This document shows positions 8,859 to 16,605 of a stretch of 64,000 nucleotides of DNA, one piece after another; positions within the stretch are counted from its first letter, which is position 1, and the number at the start of each line of letters is the position of its first letter. The notes below the pieces were generated by a model. The model was not told the DNA's origin. It searched no databases and saw only the letters and a program-made list of their open reading frames with translations. The translations under genes were made by a program, and so were the position numbers. Source of the DNA: Nitrospinota bacterium. Lineage in GTDB: Bacteria > Nitrospinota > Nitrospinia > Nitrospinales > VA-1. The DNA is taken from assembly GCA_038108555.1 (NCBI GenBank), contig JAYNIA010000005.1, forward strand, positions 8,956 to 72,955, in the 5' to 3' direction.

Positions 8859-9242
8859 TTATTTTTCAAAGTCTTCCCTTTTGTAACCAAAAAGAACATA
8901 GTATTCCTCGATCCGTTTACGTGAGCGTTCTTTCCAATATTCCCTGCCTTCCATTTCAAAATACTTTTCCGCCTTCAGCATATGCTTTAAAGCCTTGAAG
9001 TTATTGCCCTTCACTTCATAAACAAGGGCAAGATAGAAATGGGTATTTGCATGTTCCTTGTCATAACGCAGTGATTTTTTGAATTCGGCAATGGCCTTGT
9101 CATTGTTTCCATTTAAATGATGCATGGCCCCACGCTCAAAATGTTTATGCGCCAAATCAGCCTGCGCCTCTACATTGGATGAGAAACAAAATCCGGCCAA
9201 AAAGATACCAGCACAAACCTTCAGCAAACCGTTTGCATTCAC
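8859..9242 (-). CDS. secreted TPR-repeat protein
   Basis: 127 aa. Signal peptide ends in NVEA-Q. TPR-like helices (AIAEFKKSLRYDKEHANTHFYLALVYEVKGN). GTG start is preceded by AGGAGG. Confidence 0.6.
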   Translation of the reverse strand: MNANGLLKVCAGIFLAGFCFSSNVEAQADLAHKHFERGAMHHLNGNNDKAIAEFKKSLRYDKEHANTHFYLALVYEVKGNNFKALKHMLKAEKYFEMEGREYWKERSRKRIEEYYVLFGYKREDFEK

Positions 9243-9356
9243 CTTTCCTCCTTTTACAAGGCGCTTCAGTTTTAACAGTACTTTTATTTTAGCAATATTT
9301 TTTTCAACACAATAATCTATAATAGGATTCTTGAGAAATTTTTAAATATCTGCCAA

Positions 9357-10310
9357 ATGAATAATAAAACCTTACCTGTAACATTGCTGTCAGGGTTCCT
9401 CGGCTCCGGGAAAACGACCCTTCTCAATTATATCTTAAAGCAAAATCACGGTAAGCGGATCGCAGTTATTGAAAACGAGTTTGGGGAAATAGGAATAGAT
9501 TCGGAATTCGTTATTGGAGCGGACCGGGATATTTTTGAAATGAGTAATGGCTGTATCTGCTGTTCCATACGCGGCGATCTGATTGAAACCTTGAACCGTT
9601 TACTGGAAAAGCAACAAGCTTTTGACCACATCATTATTGAAAGCACCGGACTGGCCAGCTCCGGCCCGGTCGCTCAGGCATTTCTTGTTGAAGATGAGCT
9701 ATCACGCTCACTGGTTTTGGACGGCATTATTACACTCGTTGACTCAAAGCATATATTGGAAACTCTCAAAGAACAGGAAGTAGCCACGGAGCAAATCGCT
9801 TTTTCAAACGTTATTTTGATTAACAAAACTGACCTGGTAACTGAAGCCGATTTGGCGAATCTTGAAAAAAAAATAAAAGAAATAAATCCGACAGCAAACA
9901 TTTACCGGACTTGTTATGGTGAAATGGATTTGGATAAAATTTTAGGAATCGGAGGTTTTGATTTAAATAAAGTACCCGATGAAATGGCCTCTTCCTCACA
10001 TCACCATGATTTGGAAGATGGCATCTCGTCGGTGTCTTTGACTTTTCCGGGCTTTGTTGATCCCGCTCGACTGAACTATTGGCTGCAAATGTTATTTTTA
10101 GCTGAGGGCATGAATGTCTTCCGTGGAAAAGGAATACTGAATGTTGAAAACTCCACCAATCGCTACGTGTTTCAATCGGTTTTCATGATGTTTGATGGGC
10201 GATTTGACAAACCCTGGGGTGAAGAAAAGCAAGAAAATAAAATGGTCTTTATCGGACAGAATCTGGACCCGCAAAGGCTTGAAACCAGCCTGAAAAATGC
10301 AATAACCTAG
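9357..10310 (+). CDS. COG0523/CobW-family GTPase (putative zinc metallochaperone)
   Basis: P-loop GFLGSGKTT, metal motif CICC, NKTD, and the His-rich stretch SSSHHHD before the C-terminal domain. Confidence 0.85.
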   Translation: MNNKTLPVTLLSGFLGSGKTTLLNYILKQNHGKRIAVIENEFGEIGIDSEFVIGADRDIFEMSNGCICCSIRGDLIETLNRLLEKQQAFDHIIIESTGLASSGPVAQAFLVEDELSRSLVLDGIITLVDSKHILETLKEQEVATEQIAFSNVILINKTDLVTEADLANLEKKIKEINPTANIYRTCYGEMDLDKILGIGGFDLNKVPDEMASSSHHHDLEDGISSVSLTFPGFVDPARLNYWLQMLFLAEGMNVFRGKGILNVENSTNRYVFQSVFMMFDGRFDKPWGEEKQENKMVFIGQNLDPQRLETSLKNAIT

Positions 10311-10347
10311 ACATGGAAAATAAAATTCTCTAACACTGAAATTTCTT

Positions 10348-11058
10348 ATGTCTGAAGATTCCCGAGGAAAAAAAGACGATTCGAATGAAGTCGAATTAAG
10401 TGAAGAGGAACTGAAGGAGGTTCAACGACTCAAGGCCAAGGCTCAGGCTGAAAAAAAGAAGGTTTTGGATTCGAAAGATAATCTTTATGGCGCGATCCTG
10501 GCCGATTTGGATTTGACAGAGCTGAATCTTGAAAATGCAAATATGGCTAAAGCAAATCTCAGCAATGCAAACCTGAGCCAAACCAACCTCAGTAATGCGA
10601 ACCTCATAGAAGCAGATTTAACTGGGGCCGATTTATCCAATGCGGATCTCCACGATGCCTACTCCCCGGATGCGGAATGGGTTGCGGCCAATCTTACTGG
10701 AGCCGATTTAAGATGGGCGGATTTCAGCTGGTCAACCCTCAGCGAAGCTAATTTTACAGACGCCGATCTGGAGCAAGCAGACTTCTCGGAAACAACCCTA
10801 GTAGCATCAAATTTCACCAAAGCCAATCTTTCCGGTGTCAATTTTGAAAATGCAAATTTAATGGATGCGAGACTCAATGGGACCGACCTGTCAGAATCAT
10901 TGAACCTGAGTCCTGAGCAAATTGAATCAGCCGAGTTGGATCGTGCGACTCAATTGCCCCCCTATCTTGAAATAAACTGGAAAGGCAAAGGGGAATACGA
11001 GGTAACCAAAAAAATTCAGAAGAAAACCAAACGAAAAAAGGCAAAGAAAAAATCCTAA
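10348..11058 (+). CDS. pentapeptide-repeat protein with Lys-rich C-terminal tail (paralog of 5727-6284)
   Basis: Long run of A(N/D)LxX repeats, then PPYLEINWKGKGEYEV and the tail KKIQKKTKRKKAKKKS. Starts 37 nt downstream of the COG0523 gene. Confidence 0.8.
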   Translation: MSEDSRGKKDDSNEVELSEEELKEVQRLKAKAQAEKKKVLDSKDNLYGAILADLDLTELNLENANMAKANLSNANLSQTNLSNANLIEADLTGADLSNADLHDAYSPDAEWVAANLTGADLRWADFSWSTLSEANFTDADLEQADFSETTLVASNFTKANLSGVNFENANLMDARLNGTDLSESLNLSPEQIESAELDRATQLPPYLEINWKGKGEYEVTKKIQKKTKRKKAKKKS

Positions 11059-11067
11059 AAAATATCC

Positions 11068-11250
11068 TCAGGAAGGATTGGCTTCGAAGCGGATCACTTC
11101 ATATTCAGATGCTTCATAACTTATTTCGATAGGCCGACAACAAATTTCGCAATCTTCGATGTAGTTTTGCGTGGGGACAGACAAGTCTATCAAAACAGAA
11201 ATCTTTTGCGCACAATACGGACAAACAAAAAACTGCTCATGCTGATCCAA
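11068..11250 (-). CDS. CPXCG-motif cysteine-rich small protein
   Basis: 60 aa with CPYC ... CEICCRPI. TTG start is preceded by GGAGG at 6 nt. Confidence 0.6.
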   Translation of the reverse strand: MDQHEQFFVCPYCAQKISVLIDLSVPTQNYIEDCEICCRPIEISYEASEYEVIRFEANPS

Positions 11251-11285
11251 TTTCTTCCTCCACCTTTAACCGAAATCTCCGCTTT

Positions 11286-11753
11286 ATGCCCCACAATTTA
11301 AATATCGTTTTGGTTGAGCCTGAAATTCCCATGAATACGGGAACCATTGGCAGGCTTTGCCTTGCAACAGAAGCTACCCTCCATCTTGTAGAACCTCTTG
11401 GTTTCGAAATGGACGATTCAAGATTAAAACGGGCGGGCCTGGATTATTGGAAACATGTAAAGGTAGAAACTTACCCCAGCCTTGAAAAATTTTTTCAACA
11501 AATTCCACCCGATGCATCGAAAATATTTTTTTCAACCAAGGGGAAAAAGGAATTTTTCGAACACTCCTTCCAGAAAAATTCCTATCTGTTTTTTGGCAGC
11601 GAGACGCGGGGCCTGCCGAAAAGCTTGTTGCACGCCCATCCAAATATTACCTACCGGATACCCCAGTATGACGACCGGATTCGTTCCATTAATCTTGCAA
11701 ATGCCGTAGGAATTGCCGTTTACGAAGCCATCCGCCAATTGGGTTATAAGTAG
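11286..11753 (+). CDS. trmL: tRNA (cytidine/uridine-2'-O-)-methyltransferase TrmL (SpoU/TrmH family)
   Basis: 155 aa. NTGTIGRLC, LFFGSETRGLP and SINLANAVGIAVYEAIRQ are typical of TrmL. Confidence 0.8.
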   Translation: MPHNLNIVLVEPEIPMNTGTIGRLCLATEATLHLVEPLGFEMDDSRLKRAGLDYWKHVKVETYPSLEKFFQQIPPDASKIFFSTKGKKEFFEHSFQKNSYLFFGSETRGLPKSLLHAHPNITYRIPQYDDRIRSINLANAVGIAVYEAIRQLGYK

Positions 11754-11776
11754 CTCCCGCGCAAGCGGCCAAAAAA

Positions 11777-12139
11777 TTACTCAAACTCTTTTTCCCCGGG
11801 TTTGAATCCAAATTTCCTGTAGAAATCTTTTAGTAACCTGCGGGATTCCATTTTATTTACCGAGTCATCCCTTTCACCAAAAAGGTTTCCGGCTTTAAGG
11901 ATATGCCGGATTGCTTTTTCTCCTTCTCCGAGGCTTTCGTAAAGAACCCCCAGGTTAAAATGGGCCTCTGCCGAGTTGGAATGAATTTTAATTGTTTCCT
12001 CAAACTCTTTAACTGCTTCGCGGGTTTTTCCAGCTTTGTCATAGGCAGCGCCAAGATTGAAATGTGCAGCTGGATCGTTGGGATTTAAACTCAGCTCTGC
12101 TTTTCTTTGTTTTACTTCCTTACTTTCAAAAAATCCCAT
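11777..12139 (-). CDS. TPR-repeat protein
   Basis: 120 aa with repeated AHFNLGxxY...G...A TPR motifs. Confidence 0.6.
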   Translation of the reverse strand: MGFFESKEVKQRKAELSLNPNDPAAHFNLGAAYDKAGKTREAVKEFEETIKIHSNSAEAHFNLGVLYESLGEGEKAIRHILKAGNLFGERDDSVNKMESRRLLKDFYRKFGFKPGEKEFE

Positions 12140-12141
12140 TT

Positions 12142-12498
12142 TTATAAGCCCATATCCCCCAACTCATCTTCCTCAAACAACTCCATTAATGATTCTCTTG
12201 AGTCACTTTGAATTTGTTGTTGTTCGGTCCGATCGATATAATTGTTGACCCGCTTCAATTGCTCCTGGGAAATATTACAAAAGTTCAACCTTTCCATGAC
12301 CGATTCTTTGCCAAGATAATCTAATAGCTTGCCAATGGAATTATGCAGAAAAGGTGTCAGGACCGATTCAACTCCTTCAAAATCCACTTCGACAGATCTT
12401 CCTTCTTTAAGCTCTGGATAAATCTGCTCGAAAAATTCCCGTCCATCATCAATGGAGGAGCAGTTAACGCCAATGGTTGAAACCAGTTTAATTCTCAT
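12142..12498 (-). CDS. STAS-like (DUF4325-like) domain protein
   Basis: 118 aa. The pattern GREFFEQIYPELKEGRSVEVDFEGVESVLTPFLHNSIGKL resembles DUF4325. Acidic C-terminus. Stop lies 2 nt before the TPR gene start. Confidence 0.45.
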   Translation of the reverse strand: MRIKLVSTIGVNCSSIDDGREFFEQIYPELKEGRSVEVDFEGVESVLTPFLHNSIGKLLDYLGKESVMERLNFCNISQEQLKRVNNYIDRTEQQQIQSDSRESLMELFEEDELGDMGL

Positions 12499-12655
12499 AA
12501 ATTATAATTTTTCTTAAGGTTACGAATGTACTGCCTATAATACCCCGACCCCTGCCAATAAAATCTGATTTATTCCAATTTCATGGCTTTTTTCCAGATA
12601 TCCATGCAGGTTCCGTGCAATTACCATTTAATTCCCCTAAAATCTTCCGATAAGT

Positions 12656-12664
12656 TGTTATAAT
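12656..12664 (+). promoter_or_regulatory. candidate extended -10 promoter element (TGTTATAAT) for the coiled-coil gene
   Basis: TG-n-TATAAT lies 30 nt upstream of the ATG at 12694. No good -35. Confidence 0.35.
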
Positions 12665-12693
12665 TTAGGGATATATAACAACCAATTTTTCAA

Positions 12694-13017
12694 ATGCCAA
12701 TTTCTGCGAATTTCTTTAGATTGCACACCGCAAATCTTCGGTCCCATTTAATCCGAAGTTCTTTTCTTTTAGCCTGTCTATTTCTTCAAATATTTTGCTT
12801 TCCCCATAATATTGCGGCACAAATTGCTGATTCTTTCCAATTTGATGCATCAGTTAACGAAGAAGTTTTACGCGACCAGGAAATTCTTCGCGAACAAATG
12901 CGGTTGAACCAGGAAATCCTCCGTGAAGAGATGGAGAAAATCCGGGTCGAGACGCAAAAAATCATGAAAGATATTTCCCTCGCAATGAAAGAGGAAGCCG
13001 TCAAACTAAAAGAGTAA
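12694..13017 (+). CDS. secreted coiled-coil protein, N-terminal segment ending at an in-frame TAA
   Basis: Signal-peptide-like N-terminus, then heptad-rich EILRDQEILREQMRLNQEILREEMEKIR. The TAA at 13015-13017 is followed in the same frame by the next ORF. Confidence 0.55.
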   Translation: MPISANFFRLHTANLRSHLIRSSFLLACLFLQIFCFPHNIAAQIADSFQFDASVNEEVLRDQEILREQMRLNQEILREEMEKIRVETQKIMKDISLAMKEEAVKLKE

Positions 13018-14325
13018 TTGGAAAAACTGCAGGAAGAGACAAGTCGGATAAACAAGGAAATAGTCGAAAGCCTGGAAGAGGCAAAAGCTGACTTTTCTGA
13101 GGGTCGTGAAGATATGCGCAAAGAACTCGAAAATATGCGGAAGGAAGCAAAAAGCCTGGGCAAAGAAATTTCTGTTGTACTTGAGGACCAGAAAGAAATA
13201 TGGAAAGAGGAAACCGTCAATCTTCAGGATTCCTTAATGGAAGCAAAAGCCGAACTTGCAGCTGCTCAGGCGGATTCCGGTGAAATTCTTGAATCCAGCC
13301 GTGCCGCCTATCGGGAATTTCAGGTCGACAAAGTTGTAACCATGAATGATTCAAAGGACAAATCTGGAAAGGCTATGGCTCAGGCCGAAGATACTCTTCA
13401 AAGAAGCACCAAGGATTACAAAAAAGCATCTGAAAGAACCGCCGCTGAAATTCTGGCTCAGATGAAAAATGCAAAAGACTCGTTGAAAAGACGGCAAGCT
13501 ATTTCCCGGCAAGAGGCTGCTAATACCAATAGAGAACTCCTGGCATCGGTACAAAAAGACAAACTCAGTCGAAATGCCGAATTGCGGACCAGCAGATTAC
13601 AAACCGGTGCAGACCTTAAAAAAGCAAGGCAATTTGGTCAGGCAGCTTCCGCAGAATCCCGCCAGGCAGCGCTTCGAAGAGCAGATACCCAAGCCTCACA
13701 GAAAAGCAGGCTCGGGAAAACAGCTGAGGTGGGTGGTGATGAAGGAACCGGAGAATTTGGTGACAGAGCCCTTGATGCCCGCGGTGCCTTGGAATCTTTT
13801 GAAGATCAGTCCGATCCCAACAGAAGGAGAAGAGGCGGCGGATTTGCAGGTGAAGAGGACGGAACTAATGCGCCATTATCTTTGGAGGAACAAAAGAAAA
13901 GGCTGTTTGAGTTTGGCAACCGAATCAAAATACTAAAAAAACAAATTGAAGCAAAAAGCGGTAATGCCGCACCCGAGCTCATCGAATTAGGGAATGAATA
14001 CCTGGGGGCCCAGCGCTTCATAGATTCACGTGACGACATTGAAAAACTGGCTCTCCTAAAATTTGCAAACGAAGAAGCCCTGCCCCTGGGCAGTTATGAG
14101 CAGGCAGCCTGGGCATTCAAAATTGCCTTGAGGTTCAACAATAAGGGTGACACTCATTTAACCATTGGCAAAATCTATGATGAAATTAATGACGGGAAAA
14201 ACGCAATTATGTACGCAAAATTAGCGCATTTGGTGTTCAGGCAAAAGAGAAATTCAGCTAAAATTAAAGAAGCTGAAAGTTTTATTGAGTCCTTATCAAA
14301 AAAATATGGAGACAAGACCTCCTGA
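13018..14325 (+). CDS. coiled-coil / TPR-like protein, probable continuation of 12694-13017
   Basis: Same frame as the preceding ORF and the same E/K-rich coiled-coil composition across the junction. The C-terminal ~120 aa look TPR-like. Its only own start is the TTG directly after the TAA. Confidence 0.55.
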   Translation: MEKLQEETSRINKEIVESLEEAKADFSEGREDMRKELENMRKEAKSLGKEISVVLEDQKEIWKEETVNLQDSLMEAKAELAAAQADSGEILESSRAAYREFQVDKVVTMNDSKDKSGKAMAQAEDTLQRSTKDYKKASERTAAEILAQMKNAKDSLKRRQAISRQEAANTNRELLASVQKDKLSRNAELRTSRLQTGADLKKARQFGQAASAESRQAALRRADTQASQKSRLGKTAEVGGDEGTGEFGDRALDARGALESFEDQSDPNRRRRGGGFAGEEDGTNAPLSLEEQKKRLFEFGNRIKILKKQIEAKSGNAAPELIELGNEYLGAQRFIDSRDDIEKLALLKFANEEALPLGSYEQAAWAFKIALRFNNKGDTHLTIGKIYDEINDGKNAIMYAKLAHLVFRQKRNSAKIKEAESFIESLSKKYGDKTS

Positions 14326-14397
14326 ATAAGGTTAAATGAATAAATAGCTTTCGTTAAAAAGATTTTTTGACCAATTCAAATGCAATAGAGGTGGTTC

Positions 14398-14814
14398 TTG
14401 GAAAAAAACCCGATCGAAGAATTTATTGAGCGTCTTCCTTTTTTTAGAGAATTTTCAGATTCTGAAAGGCTCAAACTGGTCAACACTCCGGGTATATTTG
14501 AAAAATTCAAAACGGATGAAACGATAATTGCCGAAGGCGACATGGATGCTGCTGTTTATGTCATCCTTACAGGGACCATAAAAATCAAAAAAAAACCAAA
14601 GGTTAATGTGAAAGAGAATCACATTTCCTTACATGACCCTGAAGAAATCACCATCGCAGAATTAAAAGCCGGGTCCATATTTGGTGAAATTTCCCTGATT
14701 AGCAAGCACCCTAGAAATACGAGTGCCATTGCCTCTTCCCCGCAGGTCGTGGTTATGAAGATTACCAATGAAGTCATTGAAAAATTTCATTTGGCCATCC
14801 AAAAGAAATTTTAA
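14398..14814 (+). CDS. cyclic-nucleotide-binding domain protein (apparently truncated by an in-frame TAA)
   Basis: cNMP-binding beta-barrel signature GSIFGEISLI...RNTSAIA. TTG start is preceded by GAGGTGG. The expected C-helix is encoded in frame after the stop (14815-14898). Confidence 0.7.
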   Translation: MEKNPIEEFIERLPFFREFSDSERLKLVNTPGIFEKFKTDETIIAEGDMDAAVYVILTGTIKIKKKPKVNVKENHISLHDPEEITIAELKAGSIFGEISLISKHPRNTSAIASSPQVVVMKITNEVIEKFHLAIQKKF

Positions 14815-14951
14815 TCACAACTGGTACATATACTGGTTCAACGGCTTGATGACATGAACGAAAAATTTATCAAACTGAAATCCAGCATGCCCAAAGTTTA
14901 AAAAATGAAACTATCCCTTTCCTTTAATCTTAATTTTTTCCTTCTAGATTT

Positions 14952-16250
14952 GTGAAACAAGATCCGGGCCCCTTCACTTATTCTCAATCTTCCTCCAAAA
15001 AAGCAATTCTGGTCGGAGTGAATCTGCCTGACGAACCAACCTCATCCAAAATTTCATTAGACGAACTCAAGGGTCTTTCTGTCACGGCAGAATATGAACC
15101 GGTCGCAGAATTGACCCAACGACTGGTGGAAATAAATCCTAAAACATTTTTGGGGAGCGGAAAAGTAGAGGAACTCAAGCAAGCCGTGCTCCAACACTCC
15201 CCTGAGGTGGTGGTGTTTGATGAAGAGTTGACACCGCGGCAAAACAGGGAATTAGAAAAAATTATGAAATGCCGTGTGATAGACCGGCCCTGGCTGATTC
15301 TTGAAATTTTCAGCCACCATGCCCGCACCCGCGAAGCAAAAACCCAGGTAGAGCTTGCCCGGTTGAAATATGCCCTTCCGAGACTGACCAAAATGTGGGG
15401 CCATCTTTCCAGACAAAGAGGGGGTATAGGAATGAAAGATGTGGGCGAAACCCAGATTCAGTTGGACAAAAGAATGATCCGCAATGACATACACAAACTG
15501 GAAAAAAAGCTAAAACAAATTGATCGGGAAAAAAAGACACAGAGAAAAAGTCGTAGAGGAATATTCAAAGTCGCATTGGTGGGCTACACCAATGTTGGCA
15601 AGTCGAGCCTAATGAACAAACTTACCGGTGCGGAAACACTGGTCGAAAATAAATTGTTTGCAACCCTTGATGCCACAGTAAGAAAGATCAAAAAGAATTT
15701 CCCCTATCCCGTTTTACTGTCTGACACGGTAGGTTTGATCAACAAATTACCGCACGATCTGGTTGCATCCTTCAAAAGTACTTTGGACGAGGTTCGCGAT
15801 GCCGACTTGCTGATCCATGTTGTAGACATAAGCCACCCCGAGTATCGCGATCAAATTCAAACCACGGATGACCTTTTGGTTCAAATGGGAATGGATGAAA
15901 TAGAAGTAATTCTTGTTTTCAACAAAACAGATTCGGTGGAGGACATTGAAGATTTAGAGAGGGCTCAGGAAAAATTCCCCTCTGCAATATGCATTTCCTG
16001 TAAAAAAGATGAAGGGATAGATTCCTTAAGAAAAAAAATAGTTTATCAATACGAAAAAAAGCTGGCTCCTTTTCAATTGATTCTGGAACATTCCCAAGCG
16101 GGCCTTGTTTCCCAAATAAGAAAGTTTGCCCTGGTCGTCAAAGAAGATTACAAAGCGGATCGGTTGTGCCTCAGCCTGAGACTACCCCCCGGCGGCAAAG
16201 CTAAATTGGATCATTTGTTATCCGAACAAAAAATCCTCGCAAACGGCTAA
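14952..16250 (+). CDS. hflX: GTPase HflX
   Basis: 432 aa. HflX N-domain, then G motifs GYTNVGKSSLMN, DTVG and NKTD. GTG start. Confidence 0.9.
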   Translation: MKQDPGPFTYSQSSSKKAILVGVNLPDEPTSSKISLDELKGLSVTAEYEPVAELTQRLVEINPKTFLGSGKVEELKQAVLQHSPEVVVFDEELTPRQNRELEKIMKCRVIDRPWLILEIFSHHARTREAKTQVELARLKYALPRLTKMWGHLSRQRGGIGMKDVGETQIQLDKRMIRNDIHKLEKKLKQIDREKKTQRKSRRGIFKVALVGYTNVGKSSLMNKLTGAETLVENKLFATLDATVRKIKKNFPYPVLLSDTVGLINKLPHDLVASFKSTLDEVRDADLLIHVVDISHPEYRDQIQTTDDLLVQMGMDEIEVILVFNKTDSVEDIEDLERAQEKFPSAICISCKKDEGIDSLRKKIVYQYEKKLAPFQLILEHSQAGLVSQIRKFALVVKEDYKADRLCLSLRLPPGGKAKLDHLLSEQKILANG

Positions 16251-16252
16251 AT

Positions 16253-16564
16253 CTATTTTTTTACGAGCTCAAGTGCGATATACAAACCCTTGTCAGTGAC
16301 GGTATATTTTCCGTTAACCCCGTCTTTCTTCTTCAGTTTTTCAAGCGTATTCAATCCATCAGGTTGTGTCTCGTCGGTGATAACAACGGTGAAGCGTTTT
16401 TTAGTTGCAGGGTCTTTAATTGCCACCTTGTTTTTCTTTTTGATTATTTTTTTCACCACGCCGGAAAATAGAACCTCATCTCCCGCAGATGCAACGGTGA
16501 CCGAAAGAAAAAAACACAAAACAACCATTGTAATGGCAAATCTTAATCGGCTAACCATTTCCAT
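16253..16564 (-). CDS. hypothetical small secreted protein
   Basis: 103 aa. Signal peptide ends in VASA-G. Lys-rich mature part. No family recognised. Confidence 0.45.
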   Translation of the reverse strand: MEMVSRLRFAITMVVLCFFLSVTVASAGDEVLFSGVVKKIIKKKNKVAIKDPATKKRFTVVITDETQPDGLNTLEKLKKKDGVNGKYTVTDKGLYIALELVKK

Positions 16565-16605
16565 TTTACCCTCCTGTTGAATTCAACCTTTGCCATAAGA
16601 TGGTA

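Noticed and set aside
11754-11776. CCGC-GCAA-GCGG hairpin between the convergent trmL and TPR genes, considered as a bidirectional terminator
   Set aside because: The stem is only 4-5 bp. The T-run precedes the hairpin on the minus strand and an A-run follows it on the plus strand, so it fits neither orientation.
13015-14814. Reassignment of TAA to a sense codon as the explanation for the two in-frame TAAs
   Set aside because: TAA terminates many well-conserved genes here at their expected ends (rpmJ, rpmG, tuf, rplL). The five tRNAs in the window have ordinary anticodons.
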